Assembly: GCA_964016885.1 (NCBI GenBank)
Contig: OZ024757.1
Location: 39,494,001-39,558,000 of the forward strand
From: Eledone cirrhosa
Taxonomy: Eukaryota
Direction: 5' to 3'
DNA length: 64,000 nucleotides
Shown: positions 14,235 through 33,098 of the stretch, one piece after another
How the letters are laid out: every line of letters begins with the position of its first letter
Position numbering within the stretch: the first letter of the stretch is position 1
Translations under genes and position numbers: made by a program
The notes under the pieces: model-generated
What the model was told of the DNA's origin: nothing
Seen by the model: only the letters and a program-made list of their open reading frames with translations
Database searches by the model: none

Positions 14235-14967
14235 AATTGTTTCTACTTTAGGCACGAGGCCAGCAATTACCCAGTGCATTACTGGTACTTTATTTTATCG
14301 ACCCCGTAAGGATGAAAGGCAAAGTCAACCTCGGCGGGATTTGAACTCAGATCGTAAAGGGACGTAACTATGCTGGCGTCCGACCCTCTACCGATACCGC
14401 CAATCCACCGCCCTAGTTACAACAATAGTAATAATGATCGTCATAATGATAGAAATATTTGTTTCTACTTTAGGCACAAAGCCGGCAATTGGAAAGGAAG
14501 GAGAAAGTCGATTAAATCGACCCCAGTGCATTACTGGTACTTTATTTTATTACCCCCCCCCCCCATAAGGATGAAAGGTAAAGTTAGCCTCGGCCGGATT
14601 TGAACTCAGAAAGTAAAAGTCCATAACTCTATGCTGCGAAGCATGGTGTCTGACGCTCTACCGTTACTACCAAACCACCACCCTATAGTAATAATAATAA
14701 TATTAATAATAATAATAATTGTTTCCTATATAGGCACAAGGTCAGCAATTTTGGAGGAGGGGAAAGTCGATTAAATCGACACCAGTGCATTACTGGTACT
14801 TTATTTTATCAATATCGTAAGGATGAAAGTTAAAGTTAAACTCGGAGGAAGGATGAAAGTTAAAGTTAAACTCGGAGGAATTTGAACTCAGATCATAAAG
14901 GGCCGTAACTCTTTGCTGCAAAGCATGGTGACCGTCCCTCTACCGATACTGCCAATCCACCACCCTA
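14235..14967 (-). mobile_element. Three tandem SINE copies separated by (TAA)n
   Basis: Copies at ~14235-14414, 14458-14685 and 14718-14967; the last has an internal 30 bp duplication (14820-14880). Confidence 0.9.
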
Positions 14968-16299
14968 ATAATAGTAATAATAATAATAATTATGATAATA
15001 GCAATAATCCTAAAATTTGAATTATTGTGTCACCTTATTTAAATACTAGAGTTAGCAAGGCGATCGAAGATCGTTTTAAAACGTTTAAGAGTTTGAGAAG
15101 ATTTATAGGTGATTTATAGGATAGTAATATGATTAAAATAAATGTGTTTTTTATTATATCGAATTGAAAGGAAAAATACAAGAAAACAACAAGTGAACTT
15201 AGAGTTATAAAAACAAACAAACAAACAACAGCAACAACATAAAATATAAAACAGCGAATACAATACGACATTGAAATTTATCTGACATTTTCCTGGAGAT
15301 ATTTGTTTGTTAAGATCCCTGTTAAAATTGGCGAAGAAAGGAAACAATTGAAAATTGTAATAATAAATGTCTAAGAAATTGTTAAGAAATACGAGTAAGG
15401 GTATAATAAATGGATACTTGAAGCAGCCGGATGTTTCAACGTTTCAAATATTTTATCAACACAATAAACGTTACACTGAGCAATCCAAGCTTTACAGTTA
15501 TTTAATATTTCTGTGTTAAAATTATTGTTGTTTTACTGTGTCTGTCATCGTGGCTTAATTAGAATGGAATAGAATCGATTGGATCTTCGTCGATTTTAAT
15601 GATGCTTGTTAGATGTTATAATTATTCGGTCACTAGAACGGTATGTTTACTCGTGAAATTAACGTGCCAGTGGCCGAGCATTAAACAAATATTTCTTTCT
15701 TTTGTATCCGAATATAATCGAGAAAACAATGCTTCCATTAGTCTTTCTAATTGTTGATTCTATCTACCGATCGCAAATCCTAGTAGAAGCAGCAACGTGA
15801 AATAAACTGTTTTGCCGGCCAGGAAATCGAACTCACAACACGCATGTGCGTGCGCGTGTGTGTGCTTATGTGTGTATGCGTGTGGTTGTGTGTGTGTAAT
15901 AAATGACTGATAAGTTTTAGAAAGAGACAACAATATGGTAGAAACATATAAAGGGTGAAGGATGACAAATAAAACAAAACAAAGTAAGGTTTTACTCAGT
16001 ATATTTCAACATATTCCCAGACTACTACCTTTTCAAATGTAAACGGAAACAGTACAAAACAAAAATGAACGATCGATGTATATATACCCACTCAACGGGA
16101 AAAGATGGGCATATTTTCCCGTTCATTGGGTTTATATTTACACCGGTTATTATTAGATCTTATTTAGTAACATTTATGGAGAAGTCTTCAAATTCAATTT
16201 TCAAACATCGGTCACCACATTCTAAACATAGGTTGATTATATTATATTATATTATATTATATCATATTATATTATATTATATTATATTATATATATATA

Positions 16300-16367
<68 letters not shown>

Positions 16368-16415
16368 GTACATGTATATTATATATGTATGAATATATCT
16401 ATCTATATATATGGC

Positions 16416-16470
<55 letters not shown>

Positions 16471-17737
16471 ACCTAGCCACATCATAATACTTGTACCTTG
16501 ATCATTTGATAGTTAATAGTTATCGATTGATTTTATGTCTTCGAACATAGTTAATTTCTTCGGGTTATATACATTACTCCAATCCCGGCGTTAATGTGAA
16601 TATAAATTTTATTCTCTGACAGATATGACTTTTTCCAACATGTTTAACAGTGTTAAGAAGTCAAATAGACATAAGCACTGAGAATTCGATGCCAGATTTG
16701 GCTATATATGTCGTTACATCTTGTTTATGGAATTCTACACTTGAAAACTCATAATCAGTCTAACCTTTCAAATGCCATCAATTCCAATATAAACGTCAGT
16801 AAGGTGAAGTATGAAATACATTAACATATAAATTGTAAAACGAATTATATAATAACTTATAAACACAGACGGTATTGAAGCGAAAGTTACGTTTAATATA
16901 TACTCGATTATAATTTCAAATTATGGTGTCAAAGTTTGATTTTAGCATTTAGCTATTTCCTATGCCTTTCCTACAGCTTTGATGGTTATTCTCATTTTTC
17001 CTATACGGAAAGAAGTATTTCCAAGGAATTTTTGGCATTTGATTAAAGTTAAATTTTGAAAGTCCAAAATGAAATATTCTTTTGAAGTAGTAATAGCACT
17101 CATGATTTTAAATGTCGGCGTTAACAGACATTTTGAATGTGTCACACGAATTCTCTTCACAGTTCATTTTCAGAAGACATTCTGTTGAAATATTTGGCAT
17201 GGATTTCTTTTTCTTAGATCATTTTAAAATCCAGCTATCACATTTCCATTCCATTTTATAAATTTTATTTCGATGAAAATGTAAAAACCCCGAAATATAA
17301 AAGAAATGTAAGTTAAGACTGTATGTAGTCTGTTGTCTTGTGTAGTTTGGTTCACTTCAGATTTCCCTCCTTTGTTCGTCCATCCCAGCTCTCCCATGAA
17401 ATTTTGCAGGCCCAAAACAAGCCTTTTTCAAACGGGTCCCTCCTCCTAAGTCATAATAACGTAACTAGTTACGTAAATGTCGATGCGGTATGTTCACGCA
17501 AAAATAACTGGTTGGCTTCGTTTTTTGTTTTCAATGCTCTGTCAAATACAAATAATAGAGTGGCGACGTAATTCGAGTAAATTTATTAGACACTAACTCG
17601 AGTTCGGCAAAATATAGTACATTATATAAATTTGCCTCAGAGAAGAGAATTTGAAAGAGATATTAAAAAAACGTTGAGACAGTGAAATGGAATTTGTACG
17701 TCTATCAATAAAAGTTTACACAGTTATGTGAATATTC

Positions 17738-20090
<2,353 letters not shown>

Positions 20091-20224
20091 GTATATATTA
20101 ATTGGGTATTTGTCTATGGTCGTTTGCAGATGAGTATTAGTAAATTGCTACAGTAAATACACATTTATTCAGACGTAAAAAACACAACATATATTTCTCT
20201 ATTCTTGTAGGCACACAGAAATAT

Positions 20225-20288
<64 letters not shown>

Positions 20289-20341
20289 GTATGGATGTAT
20301 GTATGTATGTATGTATTTATGTATGTATGTATGTAATGTGC

Positions 20342-20391
<50 letters not shown>

Positions 20392-20518
20392 GTAATTAAA
20401 GTTTTGTGTATATATATATATGTGAGTCTTTCTCTCCCTATATATTTGTGTTTCTTTGTATGGGTGTATGTATAATATATATACATATATGTGTCTATAT
20501 AATATATATATATATATA

Positions 20519-21284
<766 letters not shown>

Positions 21285-21351
21285 TATACATATATATATT
21301 AATTTATTAAAATAAAAGATTAAAGTTTAAGCAAAGAATCGCTGCTTTCAC

Positions 21352-21406
<55 letters not shown>

Positions 21407-21587
21407 TATATTAAGGCTATAAAAATATATGTATAGTAAAATTATTTCTAGTTTTCTATTCAAGTGTGAAACCAGGTTTTGTTATTAGTTTAGCTTCGAC
21501 TTTCGGGGCAAATAATATTTCTCGCTTTTTCTTTGAGACTTTCTCTTAATTTACTTTACTCAAAAAGATGAAAGTAATGTGTCGTTG

Positions 21588-21620
21588 TCTTCTTCTTCTT
21601 CTTCTTCTTCTTCTTCTTCT

Positions 21621-21674
<54 letters not shown>

Positions 21675-21870
21675 TCGTCGTCTTCTTCTTCTTCTTCTTC
21701 TTCTTCTTCTTCTTCTTCTTCTTCTTCTTCTTCTTCTTCTTCTTCTTCTCAGGCTATTGTTATTGTTATTATTGTTGTTTGTATTGTTTTTATTGTAGTT
21801 GTTGTTGTTATTGTTGTTAATGTTTTTATTATTGTTATTTTTGTTATTTTGTATTATTATTAATATTATT
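21588..21870. repeat. (CTT)n(CGT)n(CTT)n and (GTT/ATT)n trinucleotide repeats
   Basis: Directly visible. Confidence 0.95.
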
Positions 21871-22534
21871 CGCTGCTGAATTACGTAGATGCATTTGATT
21901 TATTATATATATATTTTTTGTACAAGTCTCTACTCGAAGCCAAGGACATTTACTTCAGAGGATAGAGTTTTATTGAACAGATAACTTCTAAGAAGTTATA
22001 GAAAGTCTAACTATTCGGGCTCACTATAAAACAATACGGTTTCTAATTGATTTTTCATTTTTTTTTCTTCTTCAGATGATGAAATTTTAATTCGTTTTCA
22101 TGTCATCTATTTGCAGAGAATGACGATGAAAATTGCCAGACAAACGTTCTCACAAGAAATAAATCGATACACAAACAGAAAACAAATTTTAAATGTGTAT
22201 ATCTGCTGAAAAGGGAACGTCTAAAAATGAAATGAATACTTCTATAGCCCCTAAATATAGAAGCTGAAATACGACAGGTAAGTGGCACATGGTATTTATT
22301 AAGGACCTTCTTCTTGTTACATCAGTAATTGTATTGTGTACGTTCGTAAATATTGGATTTCTTGTAATCTTCTTTTGTCATGTATAATGGATTCTTATCT
22401 AGGCATAAGGCCTTCAATATTGTTGTTATGTTGTTGTTACAGCTCACACCTATGCAGGTTTAGCTGGCCTCCTCCAGGATATATCTCGTTGGAGGTATCT
22501 TGGGTGATTTAATAATAGGGACCCCAGTCCTATC

Positions 22535-22875
22535 ATCTCATTTCTACAGCTGAGTAAACTGGAGCAACGTGAAATAAAGTGTCTTGCTCAAGGAAACAAC
22601 ACGTCACCCAGTCCCAGAATTGAACTCACAACCTTTCGATTGCAGGCCTAATGTTATAACAACTAAGCCTTGTGCCTTCACAATTTTGGGGGAGGGGAAA
22701 GTCGATTAAATCGACTCCAGTGCGTGACTGGTATTTTATTTCATCGACCCCGTAAGGACGAAAGGCAGGATTTGTTAACCTCGGCAGGATTTGAACTCAG
22801 ATCATAAAGGACCGTAATTCTATTCTGCAAAGCATGGTGTCTGACCCTCTACGATTACTGCTAATCCACCGCCCT
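22535..22875 (-). mobile_element. Two adjacent SINEs (CORE-like tRNA SINE ~22535-22680; main family ~22681-22875)
   Basis: Minus strand GTGAGTTCAATTC...CCTTGAGCAAGACACTTTATTTCACGTTGCTCCAG; a fragment of the same family lies at 49068-49126 (+). Confidence 0.8.
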
Positions 22876-23218
22876 TTCTTTTGTCATATATAATGTTTTT
22901 CAATGTGAAATAAAATAAGTTTTAGTTTCTCCAGCTGCTGTTTCAATATGAATTACTTACAATAAAATTTCGCTGGAGATAGATTAGCAAAATTTAATAA
23001 GTATGGGATGGGGATGATTATTCAAGACCTGAGATTACGTGAATTATTGACGGACGTAAAAATGAAACCTCAATACCAAAGTAGAGTTTAAATATTCATT
23101 CATTGTGGCTAAGACTTTTTACTCTGGCGTCTCACCTACATACTCACTGACATGAATGCAGATCGCGTGAGTGCGCAGGTGAAACTTTAGCGCAACAAAT
23201 ATAAATGTCTATGTATGT

Positions 23219-23299
<81 letters not shown>

Positions 23300-23314
23300 T
23301 GTGTCTGTGTGTGT

Positions 23315-23350
<36 letters not shown>

Positions 23351-23821
23351 ACATTTGTAACTGTATCTGTATTTATGTCTCGTAATCAAGCGCTTCGATA
23401 TAAAAGAAAAAACGAAATCGATTGAATAAGTACTATTGAAAAAAAATACTGGCGTCGAATGATCAACTAAATTGAAGCGATGCTCCAGCTTGGACTCCAT
23501 CTAATTATTGAAACCAGTGAAAGAATAACCAGGTAATGTTTGTCTCTGTTGAATTGTCGAACTGCTCAACACAAGCTTACATTGGAAGTGTTTTAGTGAA
23601 TGATACTTGTTAGTTCATGTGAGATTGAACAGGAAACTTAATCAGAGCCGTTGTTCTGCTCAGCTATTCATGTCGAATGAAGCGTCCGTCATTGAACGAA
23701 CAATGGGCTTGGTTTTGAAATACCTGTCTCATCCCATACAAATTGAATCTCTCGCAGTCACATACACACACAGAGACACACATATAGACACACATATAGA
23801 CACACACACACACACACACAG

Positions 23822-23858
<37 letters not shown>

Positions 23859-23967
23859 AATATATACATACATACAGACACACACATACACAGACAAGCA
23901 CATAGACATATATATACATTCATATATATATATATATATATACATACACATATATATGTATATATAT

Positions 23968-24024
<57 letters not shown>

Positions 24025-24129
24025 ACAGACATACAGATAAACGGGAAGACACTCAGATATATATATTAACAGAGAGAAAGAGAGAGAGAGAGTGAGAGAG
24101 ATGTAAATAGAGAGAGAGAGAGAGAGAGT

Positions 24130-24200
<71 letters not shown>

Positions 24201-25918
24201 TGGGGGAGACCGACAGAAAAAAAAACAAACGGACAGGAAAATTTACGTTGTTTGACCTGTGGCTAAACAAATCAACAACACGACTGTCCTGAAACAATTA
24301 ACCTACATTGTGTGTGAAAAAGGTTGTATGAACCTGAGTAGAGACATAAAGGAGTGAGAAGAGAAGAGAATATAAAGCTGATGCTGGACAGCAGTCCAAC
24401 TCCAGAATTTTATATTAAAGCACAGTCAGTGGAAGAGAGATGAATTGGAAAGTGCTTTCGTTATTGAGAGGAAAAATGTTTAATATCTCTACCGATAATA
24501 GAATGAGGCAGATAAGTGTGAATAAAATGAAGTTGTTCACAGACCTAGAAACAGAGGTGATAAAGCGATTTGTTTTCAAACAATACACAACAATATATAC
24601 TTTTATACGCAGTCAATATACAGATACGGATAAAAAGGTGAAGCATTGAAACACACAATTGGTATATCTGTTAGAGGAATATATTGCCAATAACATTCAG
24701 ATTGCTATTAGAATAACAGAAATAAAATAAAACAGAGACAGAGGTGTTCTCTACTGAGTTAATGAGCATTTAAAATGGATACTGCCAGGGACAACTTAGT
24801 CAACGATATTGGAATATAAATTAGAAAAGAAAGGGAACTTTGAAGGTGTAGTGTATATTGAAATGTTGCCCGACATAGTATATAATGAGTGATAGAAAGC
24901 TTATTTGTATTACTTATTTTGAAGGGTATCAGAGAGATGCCGTGTGAAACATGTAAGTAAAAGTGAAGAACAAGAGAAAGAAGGACAGAAGGAAAGAAAT
25001 ACTGCTGATAGACCATATCTGAATTGAGTGTTGGTAACGTGGGAAGCAGGAATTTGCTAAAGTATGCGCATAAAGGGAGCCAAGGTGGGAACAATAACAT
25101 TAGGGAATTTTTGTTGTAAATAAAGACATCAAACTGCCACTTGCATTCGAAGCTAACAAACTAATGCGATAATCTTAAGTAATAATAAACTTCAAACAAA
25201 ATAAAACAAAATAGATAGTTCTCTTTCAATAGCAAGCATTCTAAGGATCACTTAAGAGCTAGTTATTCCAAATAATAATAAAATGATGGTGATAGGAACT
25301 CATTAGTGAAATATTACGATGGGTTAATAGGTTTTATAAGTAGTCTTTAAGTATACACGCCAATCGATATCTCACAGTAATAATAGATAACGATATAAAT
25401 GAAGTAATAAAAGTTTGCGGATGTTTTTGTTAATGACCCTGTTCCCATATATACAAGGTGGTGACTGAAATACGTCCCATCCTTTCACAGAAGCGAGTTA
25501 AAGTTATAGACTATCCCATGCTCAATGACTCAACAGCCCAGGACTTATTTCTGTTTCATTGGTGTTAAATGATTGAGACTACAAACCTCTCTCTTCTGTC
25601 GAAGAGTTAGCACCCAGTTGTTACTAGCACACAGTGTCAGCTGTGTAAGTTAAGCAGCAGGAAGTTGGAGTAACAATCATCCTCAAAGACACTACACGCC
25701 GCCTGGGCAGGGAAACCAACCGAATATTTTATGATCAGTAGCCAAAAAACTCCAAACATTACGCCACGTGTATCCACTATAGATGAGAAGTCCATGATCC
25801 ATGTCAATACTGAAATTAGAAAGTAAACGATTATTAGATGGGATATAGCAACTTCTTGTATGTGTTTGAATAACTAAAGATTTCCTATATACAGTATATA
25901 TATATATATATATACATT

Positions 25919-25970
<52 letters not shown>

Positions 25971-25976
<6 letters not shown>

Positions 25977-26520
25977 TAAAAAAATAATGAATAAAACAAT
26001 GAAACAGTTCCTTATATTAAACAAAAAAAGTTCATTATTTAACGATCGTTTCTAGGATATATATGTGTTAGAATTGGCATGCATATTCAACAGATCTATG
26101 TACAAAATTATACAAGATTATACAAACTATCAAATTTAATATACATACCAACACATATATATGCCGTCTTCAGAAATAATTTCTGAAGACGGCATATGTA
26201 TGTGTTGGTATGTATATTTAATTTTGATAGTTTGTATAATTTTGTATAATTTTGTACATAGATCTGTTGAATATGCATGCCAATTCTAACACATATATAT
26301 CCTAGAAACGATCGTTAAATAATGAACTTTTTTTGTTTAATATAAGGAACTGTTTCATTGTTTTATTCATTATTTTTTTAATAATTTATCTTGACTCTGT
26401 ATTCCGTTTATCTTTCACCGAAAGTGATATTTCATTGCATCTCTTCTTTCCATGATATCCGGATTACATTGAGTTCTTCATACGGATTGGACACTACCGT
26501 AAACTCTTGGTAGATTTATC

Positions 26521-26523
<3 letters not shown>
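25971..26523 (+). mobile_element. Near-perfect ~415 bp palindrome plus tail, hammerhead element
   Basis: 25971-26177 is mirrored at 26179-26387 with essentially no spacer; tail runs to 26523; (TA)n flanks. Confidence 0.88.
26179..26320 (+). ncRNA. Hammerhead ribozyme with a 115 nt stem II domain (inverted copy at 26037-26177)
   Basis: ATTT-CTGAAGA-CGGCATATGTATGTGTT...AACACATATATATCCTA-GAAA-CGATCG-TT-AAAT. Confidence 0.65.
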
Positions 26524-26576
<53 letters not shown>

Positions 26577-26845
26577 TATATACATATATATATGTATATA
26601 CTTATATATATATGTACATATATATATATATAATATATAAGATCAAAAGATGGTTAAAAGAGTTCCATGTATTTTATTATGCGCATTTCAAAAACAAATA
26701 TCATCATGCAATAATATTTGTGTTTTCATCAGATAAAATAGGCAGACATGATATGAAGGTTAAAAAACACTCGTGAATAGTGCAGTTTTAAATCAACATA
26801 AATATATATGTATATGTGTATGTTGATTTATACATATACATATAC

Positions 26846-26932
<87 letters not shown>

Positions 26933-26990
26933 CATCAACATATATATATAGATATGTATGTGTGTATGTATATATATATATATATATATA

Positions 26991-27232
26991 TAGTGAGCAA
27001 AAGCTTCACGGCACAGGCATTACTTTATATCTGGAGATCTCTCTGCACTTGTCGTCACATAGTACCATGGGCCCAGCACTATGTGTCAATAATTGTCACA
27101 AGTGTAGTGTTTGTACCAGAGTTTTCAAGTCGCTGGCTGGACTAAAAGGTCACACTCGTTCAGCGCATAGGTAGGGGTTCTCCTACATGGATATAAAGTA
27201 GTGGCCGTACTCGAAAACGAGTTGGCACCACC

Positions 27233-27233
<1 letters not shown>
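26991..27233 (+). mobile_element. 3' end of an RTE-type non-LTR element with a C2H2 zinc finger remnant
   Basis: Encodes [23 protein letters not shown]; 3' stem-loop CTCG-AAAA-CGAG followed by (TA)n; homologous to 46517-46750. Confidence 0.75.
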
Positions 27234-28910
<1,677 letters not shown>

Positions 28911-29747
28911 CACTCATATGGAAACCTGCAGTATCAATGTAACATATATGGGCTTACTGGTACGTACTGTGTTAGACGATCAACTTACGAACAAACCACC
29001 TAACGAACTCGTTCGTGAGTCCTACTGTACATAGTATATTAGTAGAGTTCATGTTCATGTGACTAACTGAACCGTTAAAGTCGATGTCTTAGCTAGAGCC
29101 ACTGTCCAGTGAATAACATTATTATGAAATCAAAAAATGAAACAAAGCATTTTTCGAGCGTCTGTATAACATGGATGAGTATCGTTATATTAAGTTAGAA
29201 CTTTGAAAACTGTAAAAGAGAGAAGAAAATCTGTAATAATATGAACAAGTGCTAGACGAGCATTACGTTATATTTTTCAAATAAATTTCGATTCTAACTG
29301 AAATAAAGACAAACATAACATACATCAACAATATCAAAACCAACAACAGACAGACAAACAAAGAAAACATATATATAATTTTTACAAAATTTAAAAAATT
29401 TAAAAAATTTAACAAAAATATAAAATCTGCATTGCATGGGACTGGAAATATCCTAAGGAAAGAACAAATTTCTATCTAATTTCCAGACCTGATGGGACAA
29501 AAGTAAACAAATAGAAAAGTCAAAACAGAAAAGACAATCAAGGAAACGTTTCATACACACAAAACAAACAAGAAATAAAGAAAGGAAAGTCGTTAATTTC
29601 ATTTTCCAGTAGTCAATACTATAACTATAGTGTATATTGAATTTTAATAGAAACAAAAAAAATAGATCGCTGAAATGAATAACAGAAATTTCAACAAAAC
29701 TCTATGACATATTGTTTACTTTAAATGAGAAAAAGAATATATATATA

Positions 29748-29790
<43 letters not shown>

Positions 29791-29801
29791 ATACATACAT
29801 A

Positions 29802-29988
<187 letters not shown>

Positions 29989-30558
29989 CATGTATAAAAT
30001 GAAAATTTGTCTCGAACAAATCTTATGTATTGTTATTTCTATTTGTTTTCGTGAAGTATCTTTTGTGTTATTTTGTTTTAAATTTGCACTCGCTCAAGTT
30101 TATAACTTAATCCAATTTTCTTCAGCTCAGCTCAGTTCAGCTCATACACTTGCCATCACAATTAATATATATAGTCGATTAAAGTTTAACGACTGGTTTT
30201 GTTTCTGTTTGAAAAAATAGAAGACCCTAAAACAGAAATTAAAAACACATTTCTTTGTTTTATATGTTTAGGCATTTTTGAAAGAAACATACAACAAAAT
30301 AACAACCACTTTGCACGTAGCACTCAATAAGAATATATCGATAAATCGATATGTTATATCTCAGAATAATATACATATGTTAAAGGTGTGACAAATTGAA
30401 AACTGTGGTAAAGTGAAGAATGCTACAGAAGCCAATACAACAACTAAAATACAAACAGGTTAATACGAACCTGGACCTTATTGATAGATATTATAGAATA
30501 TCTTCGACTGGTTTCTGTGAATCCTAAATCAATAATGGATTACGCAATATGTGAGTCT

Positions 30559-30750
30559 GTACTGTATGAAGATCGAACGTGGACTCACTTTATCAACAGG
30601 TGTTTCTTTCTGTGTGTCGGCAACGCTGTCTGAAGGCACCATCGTGATGGTAGACACTACAGCCATCACGATGGTGCCTTCAGACAGCGTTGCCGACACA
30701 CAGAAAGAAACACCTGTTGATAAAGTGAGTCCACGTTCGATCTTTATACA

Positions 30751-30754
<4 letters not shown>
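30559..30754. mobile_element. Fold-back (~92 bp arms, 12 nt spacer) with a hammerhead 3'-half-like motif
   Basis: 30559-30650 is mirrored at 30663-30754; contains GAAA-CACCTG-TT-GATAAAG; ends in (TA)n. Confidence 0.7.
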
Positions 30755-30798
<44 letters not shown>

Positions 30799-30802
<4 letters not shown>

Positions 30803-30846
30803 CAAACCCCTTATATTATATAGACAGAATCAAACATACTTTCTTT

Positions 30847-30904
<58 letters not shown>

Positions 30905-30951
30905 CAAACCCCTTATATTATATAGACGGAATCAAACATACTTTCTTTCTT

Positions 30952-30985
<34 letters not shown>

Positions 30986-31033
30986 AAGAAAGTATGTTTG
31001 ATTCCGTCTATTATATAAGGGGTTTGATCTCTA
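30799..31033. repeat. ~52 bp unit: two direct copies and one inverted copy separated by (TA)n
   Basis: AGACCAAACCCCTTATATTATATAGAC(A/G)GAATCAAACATACTTTCTTT at 30799 and 30901, inverted at ~30985-31030. Confidence 0.9.
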
Positions 31034-31806
31034 TATATATACATATATTGATTGACAAATAGGCTGTGTGGTCAGGTCTGAAATGTGTTTCTGTCGTTAG
31101 AGATTTGCTAGATAAAGGGTTAACGTATTGTTAAGATAACACCGTATTTAAACAACATATTTAAAAGTAACATGAACTATGCATAAGACTAGAAAGTATA
31201 GTTTCATATCAGCTGAGAATCTTTAAACCTGATCTCCTACACATATAATAACATTATTTATCCCTATATGCCCTATTGATTTCCTTTTTATCATTCTTTT
31301 TATAATTCTTCATCCCTTTCATCTTCATCTAGTCCTTTCCATGGAATCTCCCTTTTTTCATTTTTGTATATTTTTCTTTCTTCAAAACTGCGTTTATCAT
31401 ATTTCCTAATCTAAATTTCTTTATATTTTCCCTAAGTTCACACCATTTTATGTTCCGACACCAACATCAATTTTACGCACAGCCGCACCTCCCCCAATCT
31501 ATTACACTAAACGCTACCAGCACTGACACTACATACGATCATAAGTCACACCTGTTTTTAGTAACATTTCAACAAATGCAACAACACTCCAGCCAACACT
31601 TATCTTAACCACACTCAACTTTTCCTTTTACTTAACCCATATTTTCTTCGCTTACGTACATGGAAACTATATATATGTATATATATATATATTTATATAT
31701 ATATTTATATAGACATATATATATTTATATAGACATATATATATATATATATATATGTGTGTATATATATATTTATATATATATTTATATATATATTTAT
31801 ATATAC

Positions 31807-31894
<88 letters not shown>

Positions 31895-31896
<2 letters not shown>

Positions 31897-32080
31897 CGAA
31901 GGAAATGTGGTAAGGAACCAGGTGGACCATAACGCACCAAAGTACTCAATACTTGAGGTAGTAGAGTGGGTAATAGGAACCAGTAAGACCCCGACAGCTG
32001 AGCTCAAGCCGTTTCGACGACTAATCCCCAGAATTAGCCGTCGAAACGGCTTGAGCTCAGCTGTCGGGGTCTTACTGGTT

Positions 32081-32084
<4 letters not shown>
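31895..32084 (-). mobile_element. Short fold-back family with a hammerhead 3' half (GAAAC-GGCTTGAGCTCAGCT-GTC-GGGGT)
   Basis: Arms 31974-32024 / 32034-32084 plus tail. Family members at 36626-36670, 37021-37092, 43407-43594, 50339-50503 and 56385-56523. Confidence 0.8.
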
Positions 32085-32138
<54 letters not shown>

Positions 32139-32172
32139 TATATAACTATACATATGTGTATATATACTTATG

Positions 32173-32203
<31 letters not shown>

Positions 32204-32270
32204 TTATATATATATTTATATATACACATATATGTATATGCATATATAACTATACATATGTGTATATATA

Positions 32271-32333
<63 letters not shown>

Positions 32334-32341
<8 letters not shown>

Positions 32342-32793
32342 ATATTTGGGGAGGGTCATATTTGCGTAATATTGCCAGACAAAAAAACAAACAAGCAAAT
32401 AAATAAATAAATATATAGACAGACTGAACAAAAAAAAAAAAAATGGCGTAGACATACAACACAACAGGAGGAACAATGAATATAACACCACTGACGATGT
32501 TGCAGATGTGCAACGAAAGATTTATGTAAACTATATATATATGTGTTTGTCTATATTGTATCTGTATTATTTTTGACCGCCGGTCAGTCAATGGCAACAT
32601 TGAGGACCGAGTAAGTTAGATCGCAGATATATATATATAAAAGACAGCGAGAAGCGAAAACCAACCAAACAGTGAGTGTGTTCTGTTATTAATTCTGGCA
32701 ATATTACGCAAATATGACCCTCCCCAAATATAACAATATCTGTTTCGACACACGATTTCATATAAAAAACCTCGCAAAACTAATTCATCGCCG

Positions 32794-32796
<3 letters not shown>
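32334..32796 (+). mobile_element. (TA)n-flanked element with ~45 bp inverted termini and a 3' tail
   Basis: TATTGTTATATTTGGGGAGGGTCATATTTGCGTAATATTGCCAGA is mirrored at ~32694-32738. Relatives at 7588-7652, 36505-36625 and 51800-51940. Confidence 0.75.
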
Positions 32797-32875
<79 letters not shown>

Positions 32876-33064
32876 AGCAGGATGGTTTATTTGTGTTTAT
32901 CTTTTAGAAGGAGGGGCATCATTAAGATGACGTCATATCGATAATATCTTTACGATTCGTAGCAGTGATAATTCGACTACTTACACACACACGCACTTAT
33001 ATTATATATAAATATACATAATAAACTACATTATATCATATTATAAATATATACTCACATATAT

Positions 33065-33098
<34 letters not shown>

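Noticed and set aside
14235-14967. CRISPR-like or regularly spaced repeat array
   Set aside because: These are tandem SINE copies of ~180-250 bp in a eukaryotic context; there are no short repeats with unique spacers and no cas genes.
22076-22283. Candidate exon with a good acceptor and CAG/GTAAGT donor
   Set aside because: The frames examined contain stop codons and no partner exons were identified; a non-coding exon cannot be excluded.
30551-30823. 90 aa ORF with apparently complex sequence
   Set aside because: It lies across a DNA palindrome (fold-back element) and ends in (TA)n.
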